Shown here piece after piece: positions 37,300-50,052 of a stretch of DNA of 64,000 nt. The DNA comes from Psammoneis japonica. Taxonomy: Eukaryota. The stretch is taken from NCBI GenBank assembly GCA_008632985.1, contig QPGO01000068.1:62001-126000 (forward strand). Direction: 5' to 3'. The notes under the pieces are model-generated. The model did no database searches. It worked only from the letters and a program-made list of their open reading frames with translations, and was not told the DNA's origin. The first letter of the stretch is position 1; the number at the start of each line of letters is the position of its first letter. Both the position numbers and the translations under genes were made by a program.

Positions 37300-40200
37300 C
37301 ACCTCCTTGAGCATTTTGCATGCACTGAGCTCCAGCTCTTTGCTGCCGCCTTGTTCTGGCATTTAGATTTGTGGCAAACAATGGAAAAATGGTGGCAAAA
37401 AGCAGTGCAGCCATCTTCTGCTCAGTGGCAACTCCATTGGACCCTGTGATGGCAGAGATGTGCATCACATTGACAGTGCTGAGTGTCTCTCATCCTGACA
37501 GATGGTGCTCTCTTCATCAAGAAAACTGGCTGGGGGGCACCACGTTGTTGCTCACCACCCCGCAAATTGCACAACAATGGCGTGCCTGCCTGGCTGGGCT
37601 GCACTCTTTGCAGAAGACCTGGCCTGTCACACCATGTCTGCACAAGAGTTTTGGCACTTGTTTCCTCTGGTGTTTTTGTGAAATTTTCTTCAATTGTTGT
37701 GGTTTCAGCACCAAGGAAAACAACCCGCAGCAGTCGTGTCATCTGGAGGTTGTTCCAAACAAGTCTGCCTGGAGCAAACCATCAAAGACAGATTGGCAAC
37801 ATGTGGTTGTCAGCTCCCAGCCTTGCAGAGTGCAGCCATGCTGCTGACTTTTAAGGCAGCAATCAGAAACAGAAGAAGGATCAACCAATCAGCCAACACA
37901 ATGACCACTGCTGGTTGGCAACGGCACCCCTTGTGGACTTTCGGCTGGCTGGGGCACCAAACTCCAGAGAGAGACATCTCAGACTGGCATCTGCAAAATG
38001 TGCAAGAACAACAAAAGGATGCAGCTCAACTCAACCAGCAGTCAAGGAGCAGTGCCTTCAGCAGCTGTCAAAGTTGAGCAGGTGCCCAACAGGCCCCTGG
38101 TGCAGGTTGCTGCAGTGCTGCAGCCGGCAGCCATTGGTTGTCCACTCTCTGCTTTGTGCAGGTCCCTGGCACAGCTGCAACAAAATCCAGCTTGAAGCAG
38201 CAAAACCTTCTTTCTCTGCTTGGTTTGCCTGTTCCTCTGTTGTTTGATGCATGTGATGAGTCAAGGGAGGGCTGGGCTCATCATTGCATTGTGCAATGTC
38301 CATTCCCACAGATGTGGTTGGGTGACAGTCCATTTGCACAGCACTGCTTTCTCTGCCTGGAGATGGATGCCTGTGCCATGTGTGCAGGATTGATGTTTGC
38401 AGGCTGCTGCTGCATCTGTCCGCGAGCCATGGCCACTTGCAAGTGTGGTGGCATGACAGCAGCTCTGCAAGGTGCCCCCCATTGGGTGGCATCAAAAGTC
38501 ATGTGGAAGCCTCTCAAGTCCACAGTGGAAGTGATGGCAGATGACACCATTGAGCTCATCTGCAGTTTCTTGGCCAAATTGAGGACAGGCAGTTTTGTTG
38601 CAATGGCTCCACACAGATTGCGTGACAATGGGCAGTTGGCAGATCCAGTGGTGGGCCAATTTGGCACCAGTGCATCAAGAGCCTTTCTGCTGGAAATGCT
38701 CATGTTCAAACCCAGACCATTCCTTGGAAATGCAGCACTCCAAGAGTTTGTCTCACCTGACAATGCTCTGAGCAGGTGACAAAAAATGGTGTCATGGTGA
38801 TTGTGCCATGCCTGCAGACACACCCATGTGTGGAGCAAGAGAAGTCAAGTGCTGTGTTGTTTTTGTCCACCCACTTGATGAGCTTAAGAAGCAGCTTGTC
38901 TAACTGGCCATTGGCCACTGGACAGGCAATCACATGTGATGTGCCCTCATTTTCTCTGTGTCACAGCATGGGCAGCAGCTGTGGTCTTGTTGTTTCCAGC
39001 ATTGCAGCCACTTGCCAACCCCACATGTGCCAACCAAATGCTTGGCCAACCACTGTTGCCTGTCAATGCCCAGCTGCCAGGCAACTTTTTTGACAGCCTT
39101 GTTGCAGCCTGTCTGCCAGAACCCATCATTTGTGAAGCATCATTTTTGATGCACCCAACAGTGAGCCAGCTGTGCTCTGCATGCACGGTGATGCAGCAGT
39201 TCCGGGGGCAACTTTTCACAGAGATTTTCTTTTCAGAGACACAGACAGGACACATGACTTCTTCAATGGCAAGCTGCCATGGTCAATCCTTACCTTGGTT
39301 GTGGGCCTCATGCTGCTGGCATGCTTTCACCAAGTTGTCCATTTTGACATCAAGGCATGTCCATCAATCTATCTGGCTTTTGCAAGGGCAGAACATCCTG
39401 GCGGCCCTTGTCCTGCCAAAATTTCCACTGCAGTGGGCTGCACTTGAGCTCATGTTTTCTCACACTCAACACATCAAAACTGTCAGAGCAAGCAGCGGCA
39501 TGATGTGCACTGGGATCAGAGAACTTCCAGAGAGCTTTTTTCCATCACATCACACCACTTCAATCAAACCTTCTGCAATCTTGTGATTTGTGCACATGTC
39601 CTTGACTGTGCAGATGATGCTGCACAAGCCGGTGATTTCCAATCAACAGGGCTCAACATCTGCTGGATGGCCAGGAACTGTGTTGGCTCCTTTGACTGTG
39701 TTGCTTTCAAGTGTGCCCTTTGTGGCAAAGGTGAAGCAGCCAAGTGAGCCAGTTTTTTTGTTGCTGTGCTGTTGCGATCAGCTGGATTGAGTGACACATT
39801 GTCTGTCATCGTCAGTTGAGAGTTTGTCATTGGACCAATTTTGTGATCTGTCATTGTCAGTTGTGAGTTTGTCATTGGACCAATTTTGTGACTGGGAATG
39901 TTGGCAAGTGCGTGCAATCAGGGATGGTGGTGGATCTGTTGGCTGGGTTGTTTCTTTTGCAGGGAGAGTGCCTGAGTGCGTGCAATCAGGGATGGTGGAT
40001 CTGTTGGCGGGGTTGTTTCTTTTGCAGGGAGAGTGCCTGAGTGACAGATTCCCCATGTTTCTCTTCCTTTGTGGTGGATGCGTGTGTGGAAAGAAGATCT
40101 GGTGGTGGCACCGATGGTGTCGTTGGAACAAACCATTTCTGCTGCTGATGTGTCCGTCCGGTGCTGGCAAGCCAAAAAGATGGCCAAAGCTGATTCGTAG

Positions 40201-43200
40201 AGTGCTGGCACATGTGTTGCTCTGACAGGGAGAAGCACAAGGTCCAATGACAAAAGAATGACCAGCTGTGCTCTCTGAAAGAATTGCGCTGGCAGCTGAA
40301 GTTGGAGCAGAATTTGTTGCTTCAAAAGATTGGACTCATCTTTTGTCATTTTATGCAGTGGTCCACCAAAGCTGAGTCAGCACTTCACCCATTTTGATTG
40401 TCCTTGTGAACCCACAAATGGTCCACATGAAGAGTTGTCTTTCTGTTCCAGTTGTTGTGGTAAATTTTCACATAAAATGCAGCATCTGGCAAAGATTCCC
40501 ATCAAGTGAGCATAATTTTGACAAACGGATCTTCACAAAGACATGCTGTTGGACATTGCCGCCTTGCGTGGAAGCATTTTGGCCCCAATGGCCATGATCG
40601 TAACCCCAACAGTCACCATCAGGTCAGCAATGAGGTGACCCCAGTCGTTCCGGGTGTCCGGCATTGATGCAGGGGAAACTGCTGTCAAAATGTGCCCACA
40701 TTTGAAAACATTGGAGACATCGGATCATCCTGGGATGCCCAACATTGCCGACATGCTCAACACACACCCCAATGTGGTGTGAAAGCTGATGCTGCCACTG
40801 CAAATGCCACAGGCTGCCAATGGCACCAGCAACCAACCATGCTTTGGCACCCATGCCAAAACACCAGTCCCAAACACCAACAGCTTGAGAGCCAAGTGGC
40901 CAACTGTTCCCCACAGCTTCATCTGCAAATTCCCATTGACTCCGATGAGTGAATGTTCCACCAAGGTCAACCAGGCTTGTGCGAGGTTCGTTGCAAAAAT
41001 GGCAGCCATTGTCCACGCGAAGGGCGGATCCTCGACATGCTGCCAAAAATCTCCAACCAGCTTGATTCCCATGAACAACAGCAGCTAATGAGCGATCCAG
41101 TTGAGAGCACTGAGTGGTTCAGGGTCATGCATGACACCACACATGTCCGGCGGAACAGAGTCAAGAAGGGTCAAGTCGACAAAACGCGCCACAGTCAGGA
41201 TGCGAAGGATGGCAATGTTGGCAGCAATTGCAGTTGCTGTTCCCAGATGCACTTTCAAAGGAACAATGAATCGAATGGGATCGGCAATCATCTTCACAAG
41301 AATGTTGGCAAAATGTGCAATGCAGCGGTCAATCTGAAACCTTTGCCCCTGGTGATGTCTCCTTGGAGGAGATTTTCGACACGGAGAACCAATGCAAAAG
41401 CACTGGTGTCAAAAGCAGGCAGCAAGAGCAATGCTCGTTGTCTCAGATCAGATGCCCGTCACTGTCGTAACGATGGAATTTCATTGGGGTGTCCCAAGAT
41501 TGGCGGGCGGTCCGGCACCAGCAGCGACAGCTCTGCCATTTGCCGCAGTCCGCGCAGTCGCCATCTGCACTGTGCCATCTGCCATCTCTTCAATCTGCCA
41601 TTTTGTTGTGTCTCTTTGCATGTGCAGAAGTTGCGCACAGCAGCACAATGTCGGACATTTGTCGTGCAATGCTGATGATGACGATGAAACTTTTTGGATG
41701 CTTGTCACAGAGGTTGCTTGGTGCATGGTTGCCCAAAATCACAAAATTTTGGGTGGCAATTTGGCCCAAGCTTGCATCAGGTGTTTCTCTCCAACAGCTG
41801 CCCAACTGGTGTGGTGCTCAGCTTTTTGGATGATGCTGGAATGCCAACAGCACAACCTGGCAATGCACCAACCCACCATTGGGAATTTGTTGATGTTGTG
41901 CAAAGAGGGCACTCTGCACGTGAGCGCTTGCACTCCAATGCAGAGCTGCTGCATTGCTGACACTCTGTGCTGCAATCCTGTGCTGCACTGACATGTGTTG
42001 CAGCCAGCACCTCTGAGGCCACTGTGCCAATGCACAGCTCTTGTGTCCCTGCCAAATGACATGTTTGAAAGCATTTTCATTGCTTCCATGAGGCGTGATG
42101 ATGATGGTGGCTTGGTCAACACCAGCAACCTCAGCAGTTGTCTCAAAACTGTCCTTGCACCTTTTGTGCGCCAATGGCATTTTTGCTGTCAACTTGCCAG
42201 CTGTTGCTCCAAGGTGCCACAACCCTGGCTGGCTTGTGTCAAATGTCAGCACAAGATTGCTTGGGTGCAAGAGTTGGAGGAGTGTGAGTTTTCATGCCAC
42301 AATCTGCTGCACAGCACTTTCAATGATCCCTTGCACCTCAGCCCAGGGAGCAAGCATGCCAAAACTGTTTGGTTGTCTCTGGGCTTGTGACCCCCCCTTT
42401 TCCTTTTCATCATTGTGAGCACTCAACTGGTGCTGCGCGCACTGTTGTGCACAGTCACACACACTCATCTCATGGCTCAGAATTTCTAGAAGGTTCCTGT
42501 GATGTAACTCAGTGCTGCAATCAAGCCATGGTGCATCATCACACAACACTTGTGTGTTGGCAATGGCCTGGAGAATGCCAGAGAGTGGTTGTGCCACCCC
42601 GACATGTGACTGTTTCCAGGAAAACTCATGTGTTGGCAATGTTCTCCTTGAAGCTCTGTCTTGACATTGTGCATCAATGAGGTGCCATTGGCCTCCTTTC
42701 TTCTAGAAACTTTGGGCATTTGCCCTGGGAGGCTGTTGATGAGCATGTGCAGCCATGCTGTTTGGCTGGCATTGCTGCCTGGAGTTTCACCCAACTTGTG
42801 AGTTAGGTGCAAACTGAGAGCTTGAATTGCCACAGTCAGTTTTTCACCACAGAGGTTGACCTGCATTTGCACCCAGCAGCTCCACAGCCCTGACTGCACT
42901 CCTTTTGGTCCTGCTGGAAAAAATGGCAGGGTGCAAAAAAAAAAAAGTGCAGTGTGCAGCAAAAAGAGCAGCCAGTCATGGCACAGCAATGAACTCCTCA
43001 GCAAGAAATGCACACTTGACTCACCTGCAATGTGCTGCTCTCTTTGCTTTTGTCAACCCATGTCCAGACTCAGATGCACAACTTTCTTGAAACTGAAAGC
43101 ATCCACTGAAAAGGAGTCTGAAGTTGGGAACAATTTCTCCAGTGGTGCCTGTTGCACCAGTGCTGTGGGCACCTTTGCACTGAATGAGACCTTTTTTTGC

Positions 43201-44950
43201 AAATGTTTTCTGCAGCCTTCAACTTGCTGTGCAGCACATCCAGTGCCGCTGGCTGAAATCTGACTGTGGAGAACTGCACAAGTTTCTGTCAAGTGGCCTG
43301 CCAGTGACAAAAGACTGTGCAAAAAATCTTCTCTCTTTCCAAAAGCAAAAGAGTTCTCAAAGCCTTTCTTTTTTGCAGCTTTTGACACAAACACCAGCAC
43401 AGCTTCTCCTTGGGGTCATTCTCCAAAAATGATCCAAGGTGAGGTTGAGTGAGAATGGAGGCAGCAGCAAGCTGCATTGTTGTGTGTGCTGGCACAAGAG
43501 AATTGTGACTTGACCCACACCTGCAAGCAATGGTTGAAGCTGCTGGCAGTGGGGTCACATCAGCATTGGCAACCAGCATTGCAGCAGCCACAGGTCAGCT
43601 GTTGAGTCTCCTGCACAAAGGTGGACATTGTGCTTGAGCAAGGTCGTTGGGCTCATTGCTGGAAGAGGTGGGTGAGGAAGATGAGTTGTCTCAGCAGGGC
43701 ATGCTGGTGAATTGCCACTGCCACAAGGGTGCCATGGAAAGCAGAGTGGGTCAAATGGCTTGCCATTGTTTGAATCAGCAGCAATGTCAATGGGGTTTTG
43801 ACCAATGGCGCTGCTCCACTCCAAGGCAGAGGGGCTCACAAGGCCACCCTGGATCTCCCAGTTTGTGTTGTCATTGCCTGTTTCAGGACACACATGATGA
43901 CCTTGCTGATGCTCTAGCATTTGCTCTTGCCTTTCCCAGCAGGATTCAGGAAGAAAGCAAACCTGGGCAGTGTTTGGACAAACAGCAGCACCCTGAATTG
44001 AGCTGTTCCTTAAACACACAATGACAACATGCAACAACAGGTGCTGGCACACCAGTGCAAAGATGAGAGGCAGCAGTGGGGTCAGCATTGTCTGCAGTTC
44101 ATTGAAACATGTGCTGGTTGCTGTGCACCTGCCAGCCTTCTTCTTCTCATGCTGCTCATGGAGAAATTTGTTCAAGGTGGCCTTTGACAACTTGGCTTTG
44201 CATCTTAGCTGCCATGTGGTGGTTTAGCACTTGGAATGAATTTTGCATGTCAACCTCAAACTCTTGGCCTGTGCTGGGGTTTTGGCACTTTTGAGGTCAT
44301 TGCTCCTCTGGTGCACTCTCAACTGGGTCTTCCATGGCAAAGTCATTTGAGATGATGTCAAAATGTTGGCGTTCCACTTCTTGGTCAAGTGGCACTTCCT
44401 CTTTGGCACATGCAAAAGGAGCTCTGCTGGCCCGTTGCTGTTGCTGACCTTGATCTTTGACCATGCTGGCACTTTAAAATTGTCATTGGCGGCACCTCAA
44501 TGACTCACAGTGCTCTTGCTTGCATTGCCATCACACTCACAGCAGCACTCCATGCCTTGCTGGCACAGCTGCTCTTGCTGCTGTGCAAGGTGCATGGTTG
44601 CAGCTTCGGCTGATGTGCTTCAGTTGCTGGTGCTGCCAGCTCTGGCAATGACTGGTGACATGGCTTGTGGCTGGATGGTGTGGCAAGGTCTCACTGTGCA
44701 ACTCGTCAAGTGATGTGTTTGCTTTGTTGGTTCTCATGATGATCTTGTGGTGATTGTCAGCAGGAATCTTCGATGTGTGTTCTTCTTGCAGCTGCACGCC
44801 ATTTACCGCTCGTAGCTTCTGCACTGATGCAAATTCGTGTAGAAGCCACCAGCAACACAGATGGCGCAGAAGCGACGCAAACTGAACGGTGCGCGGGCGA
44901 CCGTTTAGTCAAATCGGTGCCGATTTGGTGCCGCCGTTCATTTCGGGACG
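37300..44950 (-). mobile_element. Degenerate non-LTR retrotransposon (endonuclease-like, RT, RNase H, C-terminal cysteine motif)
   Basis: Minus-strand fragments in order: endonuclease-like region (~44.5-44.9 kb), RT-like region (~41.3-42.7 kb), IGVNGNLQMKLWGTVGHLA (~40.9 kb), RNase H-like EITGLCSIICTV..IEVVCDGKSSL (~39.55 kb), TSHVIACP..LLKLIKWV (~38.9 kb) and QSVWSHCN (~38.6 kb). TpA and CpG are depleted. May contain nested inserts. Confidence 0.65.
39802..40043. repeat. Two adjacent tandem duplications (45-bp unit x2; ~68-bp unit x2)
   Basis: TCTGTCATYGTCAGTTGWGAGTTTGTCATTGGACCAATTTTGTGA starts at 39802 and 39847. AGTGCGTGCAATCAGGGATGGTGG...GGGAGAGTGCCTG starts at 39907 and 39975. Confidence 0.9.
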
Positions 44951-45315
44951 CCCTAAGGTAAAATAATGGCAACGCGATGTCACGCTGCACGCTGTTCTTG
45001 AATCAAAATTCAATTTCGTCACGACGGAACGAAACCCCAACCTTAACCTGACAACGATTTCTGAGTGAAAATCTGTGGCGAACCGGGGTATTTCAATTCG
45101 ATCGCGTGGTTGCGGCTAATATAGTTTGTGGAGAAGAAGGAGTACACCTAAATCACGGACATTGACCTGAAGAAGGCCTGGACGTCTAATCTGAGATGTA
45201 GCCTCCAGAGTCGTACTGAATATAATAGGTACTTACTAGCTTGTTTGCGTCTGCTCTCCAGATTCGATCTCTCTTTGAGAGAGAGAAGCAATTTCTTCTC
45301 ATCAAAGCAACCGGC

Positions 45316-46632
45316 TTACTTATTATACTCGCCCCTCCAACCTGGGACAACCCAGTCAATCACGCCGCCTTCTCCTACAACCAGGTTAATCCAGTCTTTC
45401 GTGGATGTTCCAGTTCCCGCAGAGGCGTCATTGAGTGCATTTTCCGCCGGACTAAGCGGTAATCGAAACGAAGAAAACAAACGGTGGGCGGCATTAAGGT
45501 ACCTGGATAAACTGCGTATTAGAATCTTCAAAACGAGCACTCACCAAGCATTATCAATTCGAGTAAAGTCGTCGAAATTCAATCCGGCCAATTTCGCGGC
45601 ATCTCGAACTGCCGGAATGGCAGCTTCAGGAAGCTGCGGTTCCTTGGCGTAAACAAAAGCGCCTTCGTAGTTACCTTGCAAAGTGTGCCCTTTATACGCA
45701 ACAAGTTTGAATGGAGGAATGTCTTTCTTCCCGTCTGATTCACCTAAAATGAACCAGTTTTCGTTAAACTTTAATCCATTCATTTTCCCCTCGGTGTGCA
45801 TGGTACGTCCCGTGGGGTTCTCTTGAGCATTTGCCGCGTCAACAATCATGTGCTCTGACAGGGCGTTTTCCCAAAACCCACCGCCAACTTCTTCAGGTCG
45901 ACGTACACGAAGAAAAATACCCATGTCGAGTTCGGATGCATCCGGTGCACCGTCGGAAGCTTTAAAAGTGTTGGTCTGGCAGTCAAACAAATCATAGTTC
46001 GGATTCAGACCGTCAGTCTTATACCAAGTGCCAACCAAGGATTTGGGGTCGAAATTCTTAATGGCGGTGGAGTATCCAACATTTTCCGCTGAGTTGTCGA
46101 TATTCTTTGGGACCTTGACGCATTCGTTTTCTTCGATCGTGCATGAGAGCCAGTTGTTGAGATCCTCAGACCCAAATTCGGCAAAACATCGTACTGCACA
46201 TGTCTGTTCTCCTTTGCATCTTCCTAGACAAGAAACACCCTTGATACCCCGAGGATTAGAAAAGAGATTTTTCGTTTGGTCACCGCATTTATTGATGAAG
46301 CAACCCACATCCGACTGTTCCATTTTATTGTCTTTTGCATACTCGGCAAATCCGTCGTAACTTGCGGTTGCGCTAGCAGGCGTGTCTGCAAAAGCCATGC
46401 TGCCTCCAAAAAACGTAGAGGCTGAAATTGCAACGCCAAGGCTCAAAGCTGCAGCAGCACGAATGCCCTTCTCAACCACCTCTTTGGGACCTTGACTGCT
46501 TGTTTTCTTGTCGTTGACCATGTTCATCGCACATGCCGACGACGCACGGCCTTTTGGTAGTAAAGGAGGAGCGAAAGCCAAAGCCTCGTGTGATGTCAAC
46601 AGGGCAAATAGAAAAGCAGATGCAAACTTCAT
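45316..46632 (-). CDS. VDL: Violaxanthin de-epoxidase-like (VDL) protein, plastid/thylakoid targeted
   Basis: Signal peptide plus AFAP, a Cys-rich domain (CFINKCGDQ..CLGRCKGEQTCAVRCFAEF..WLSCTIEENECV) and a VDE-type lipocalin (GTWYKTDGLNPNYDLFDCQ, ENWFILG, YEGAFVY). Intron 45452-45544 joins the last exon ending PGWRGEYNK. The VDL1/VDL2 subtype was not determined. Confidence 0.88.
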
Positions 46633-46949
46633 GATTTTTCAATGCAGCATATAAACCTTTCAACAAAAAGAGATGACCGTGATGCTCACCAACACACACA
46701 ATGCGTCTGCCACTTGGCGACTGGATGGTGGTGAAGATCGATGTGAGGGGTTGTCGGAGGGAACTTCAACAAAATTCAAAACGGGCGGGAAACGGCGCGC
46801 GAAGTAATCCATCACCGCGCGCTTTCGTACGTCAGCATTTGTCAGTTTGTCATCTTGGCTGTGAAAAGAGGTTCGTAGTGACCCAGCCTGTCAAATTGAC
46901 GGTGGCGGCGCGAGAGGAAAAGTTGGCGCATGTTGGTTGTGGGAAATTG

Positions 46950-48800
46950 AAGAAGATGCTTTCAAGATGGGGGAACGCCTCTGGATGGCTGCTGTCCAAA
47001 GCAGTTCTGTCCTCTAGTGCATTTGGATGTTTTGCAAGTGCAATTTTCTTCATGCACAAAAGAGAGGCTGGGTGCTCCCAAGAAAACCCCCGAGAGCATG
47101 CTCCGGTTGGCTGACAGATGCTTTTTCGGCTCAAATTTTGCACAAGATTTTTGGACAGCTGCTGCACAAAGGCACCCCTCAAAGTGCAACCCTCCCAATC
47201 TGCAAGTCTTCTGCATTTGTTGATGGGGCTGGAATCCAAGTGCACAGCAGCAAATGCCAAGAGATGTCTGGGGGGGGGGGGGGAGCTTCTCAAAACTCAA
47301 AAACGGCCACAACCTCTCAGCATTGTTGGAGTTCTGAGTTTGGAAAACCCTTTGAGTGCATCACATTGCACACACAGCACAGGTTGCAAGTTTTTGTCAA
47401 ACAGTGTGACGTGGTTTTTAAGTTGTGTTCTTTTCAACAAAGGACATGACTGTGCAGCACTTTTCAATCTCAACTCTGCCAAAACAAGAAAGTCTTGCAA
47501 GGTCACTCACATCAGCTCACACACAGTTTTTTCATCTTTGAACAGTGGCACAGACAAAAAGCCACCTTGCAACCATGATGTGCTGCCGTGCTGCCTGTGG
47601 GCCATGCTGTGCCTCCTCTTCAGCAGTGCACCACATCACGTGCATGTGCAAAAAACTTCCATGTGCTGCCACCACCCAGGCTCCACTCTTTGCAGAGCCT
47701 GGCACTGAGGCACTTCAGAGTTGACAATGTTGCAGCTGTCAAGGAGATTGGTCATGATCTAAAGTGAGGCAGCTTAAGAGTGCAAGGGCAGATCATGCTT
47801 CAGAGAAGAGCAAAAATGTGCTTGTCTTCAACAGCTTTGAGCAGTTGTTTCTTGAGCATGTTGGGCACAGTGTGCAAAACTGGAAGTGTTCCTTGGCCTT
47901 GTTGTGTTGACATTTTGGGGCTGCAGCATCTTGGGCAGCATTGGCGCTGGCTGCCAGCTGTGCTTCCAGGTGGTTGGGCATGACACAGGCAGCTGTGTTT
48001 GGCAAAATTGTGAGTTCAGGACGAGGCATGATGAGGGTAAAATGTGAAATGATGGCCATTGTGCCAATGACTTTCACATCCAGAGGGAGCTGCCATGGCT
48101 TTGGCACAAAGTTTGCCACCACATGGAATGGCAGGCAACTCTGCCAGACTTCAGCGTGGGTCCTTGATGAGCACAAGCACGGGATGTGGGTGCTGCATTG
48201 CAGACATGTTGGTGTCGACAATCATGCTGCATGTTGTGGTGGGTGGGTCATGTCATGGACATTCTTTGAAGGTGCCATTGCAAGGTGCAGGAGACACACA
48301 GGACCAGTGCTGTGGCTCTGCCAATGCAAAATGAAGAGCTGTGGGTGTGCAGCAGAGCAAGCCATGCCTGAAGAATGAGCTGAGCTGGTTGATGCATTTA
48401 AAAGTCATTGTCAGATTGGCACTGGAATGCACCACACCAATGTGGCCACTTGCAACACTGCTGGAGGTGTCGCGATCTTGTTGTTGCTTGTGCTCTTGAG
48501 ACAGGGGCTGGTCTCTCTGGGCCACCACTGGGGAGCAAACAACCATGTCTCCTCCTCAGTGGCACCAACAATGATGTGCACATGAAGCCAACTTTCAGGC
48601 TTTGCATGTGCTGATGCTCAGAGCAATCAGCAACTCCAGCTGTGCCACATTTCAAACAACATTTTGGGCAAAAAATGTTCGGGACCTTCAGCCCCCACAC
48701 AAGTTGCATTTTCAGAAATGTTGGTGGCTCAACAGAAAAGGTGGAGTGAGGAGCTGATGCCTGGATCATGCAGTTCCTCTCTTTGAAAATGACAAATGGA
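46950..48800 (-). mobile_element. Degenerate repeat containing a Ty1/copia (CoDi-like) gag-type fragment
   Basis: Minus strand reads LTILPNTAACVMPNH (~48.0 kb) and HTVPNMLKKQLLKAVEDKHIFAL (~47.81-47.88 kb), resembling diatom copia gag N-termini. TpA and CpG are nearly absent. Confidence 0.5.
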
Positions 48801-49443
48801 CAGGAAAGTGCACCATCCACTTCTTTCCCAGTGCCTCGAGGTTGGCTCTCCCGAAGTCCGGCTCGTCTTTTCGTGGGCTGGGGCGAGCGAGCACCTGCTG
48901 CAGCTCCATTTCCACATTGGCTCCTCCTCTTTTAGGTGGAACTCTCTAGATCGAAGTCTGAAACCGAAAGATTTTGGATTGCCGCCCTCGCTGCTGTCAG
49001 AAAATAGAGCCATGACGATTGCCTGCACCAATCATTTTGCTGCATTTTGTGCCGGGCGTTCGAATTGATTGCAACACATGACGGTCATTTCGGTGCGCAC
49101 TTTTGCGCGACCCACGCGACATGACTAACACGCGTCAGTGCGTGGTGCTGGTTGTTTTGCTTCTGACCGTTCTGTCTTCTGTGAGGTTTCATGAGGCTGT
49201 CTGTGCATGTTGATGTTGTCTGGTTGTGCATGTTGATGTTGTCTAAGGCAAGCTGCATTGGATTGAGTGAATGTGGAAATGTGCGAAATTTACGCATTGT
49301 TGCAGTTTCTTTGCCAAACAGTTGGTCCTCATTTGTGGCCATGCTCAATCCGCGGCGGCTCAAGTGAAAGTCCATGTGCATGTGTTTTGCGCATTGACGC
49401 GGTTGTCTTTGCCAAATGGTCATTTGTAATTTGCTCAATTCCA

Positions 49444-49903
49444 TCATTTCTGGCCACACTTCTTCTGAAGGGACTTTGCTTGCTCCTTCTCCTGCTCCGC
49501 CATCTCCTCCTTGGTGAAAAATCTCCCCGACCACTGTGGAGTCACCGCTGCACATGCTGCCTTTAGCTCCTCCATGGTTGAACCATCCTTGGGTGCGACC
49601 GTTGTTTCCACATGATGACTGTCCGCTGTCGTGTTGTCTTGCACAAGCACAGAAGTGACATCAAAATTTCCCAAGGTGAGGTCAAACGCCGCTCTTGCTT
49701 CTTCCAAGGTGATCTCCTCTTCGTCTTCCTCATTCATCAATGACTGAAGAAGTTCCGCACGTGTCTGCACCTTTTTCTTGTCCTCACCAGTTTTCTTTGG
49801 CCCGTCTGCCTTCTTTGTTTGTTGTTGCAAATCCATGTTTTCTCTGTTGCTACGTTTTCTGTGATGGCTGCGTTCGCGTTTCTTGGTTTGTTGGTTAAAA
49901 TCC
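49444..49903 (-). CDS. Hypothetical charged protein downstream of Rep/Hel (possibly degenerate)
   Basis: Open frame MDFNQQTKK..MDLQQQTKK..EEDEEEITLEEARAAFDLTLGNF; no recognisable domain. Confidence 0.35.
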
Positions 49904-50052
49904 ATTTGACGTTGTGTGACGCATGTGCAGATTTCTGCGCAATGTGCTGATCTAATCGAAGTGTTCCATTTTACGAAAATTTCCGCATTTTTACGGTTGG
50001 GGTCGCCAAACAGTTGCACAGTGGTTGAGCATCCTAATCTAATGTTTGCGTG

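Noticed and set aside
35000..44770. Classical fungal RIP
   Set aside because: RIP converts CpA to TpA and raises TpA and stop codons; the opposite is seen here.
49020..49070. Possible left terminus matching sequence near 62980-63016
   Set aside because: The similarity is too weak by eye, and no clear Helitron CTRR end with hairpin could be assigned.
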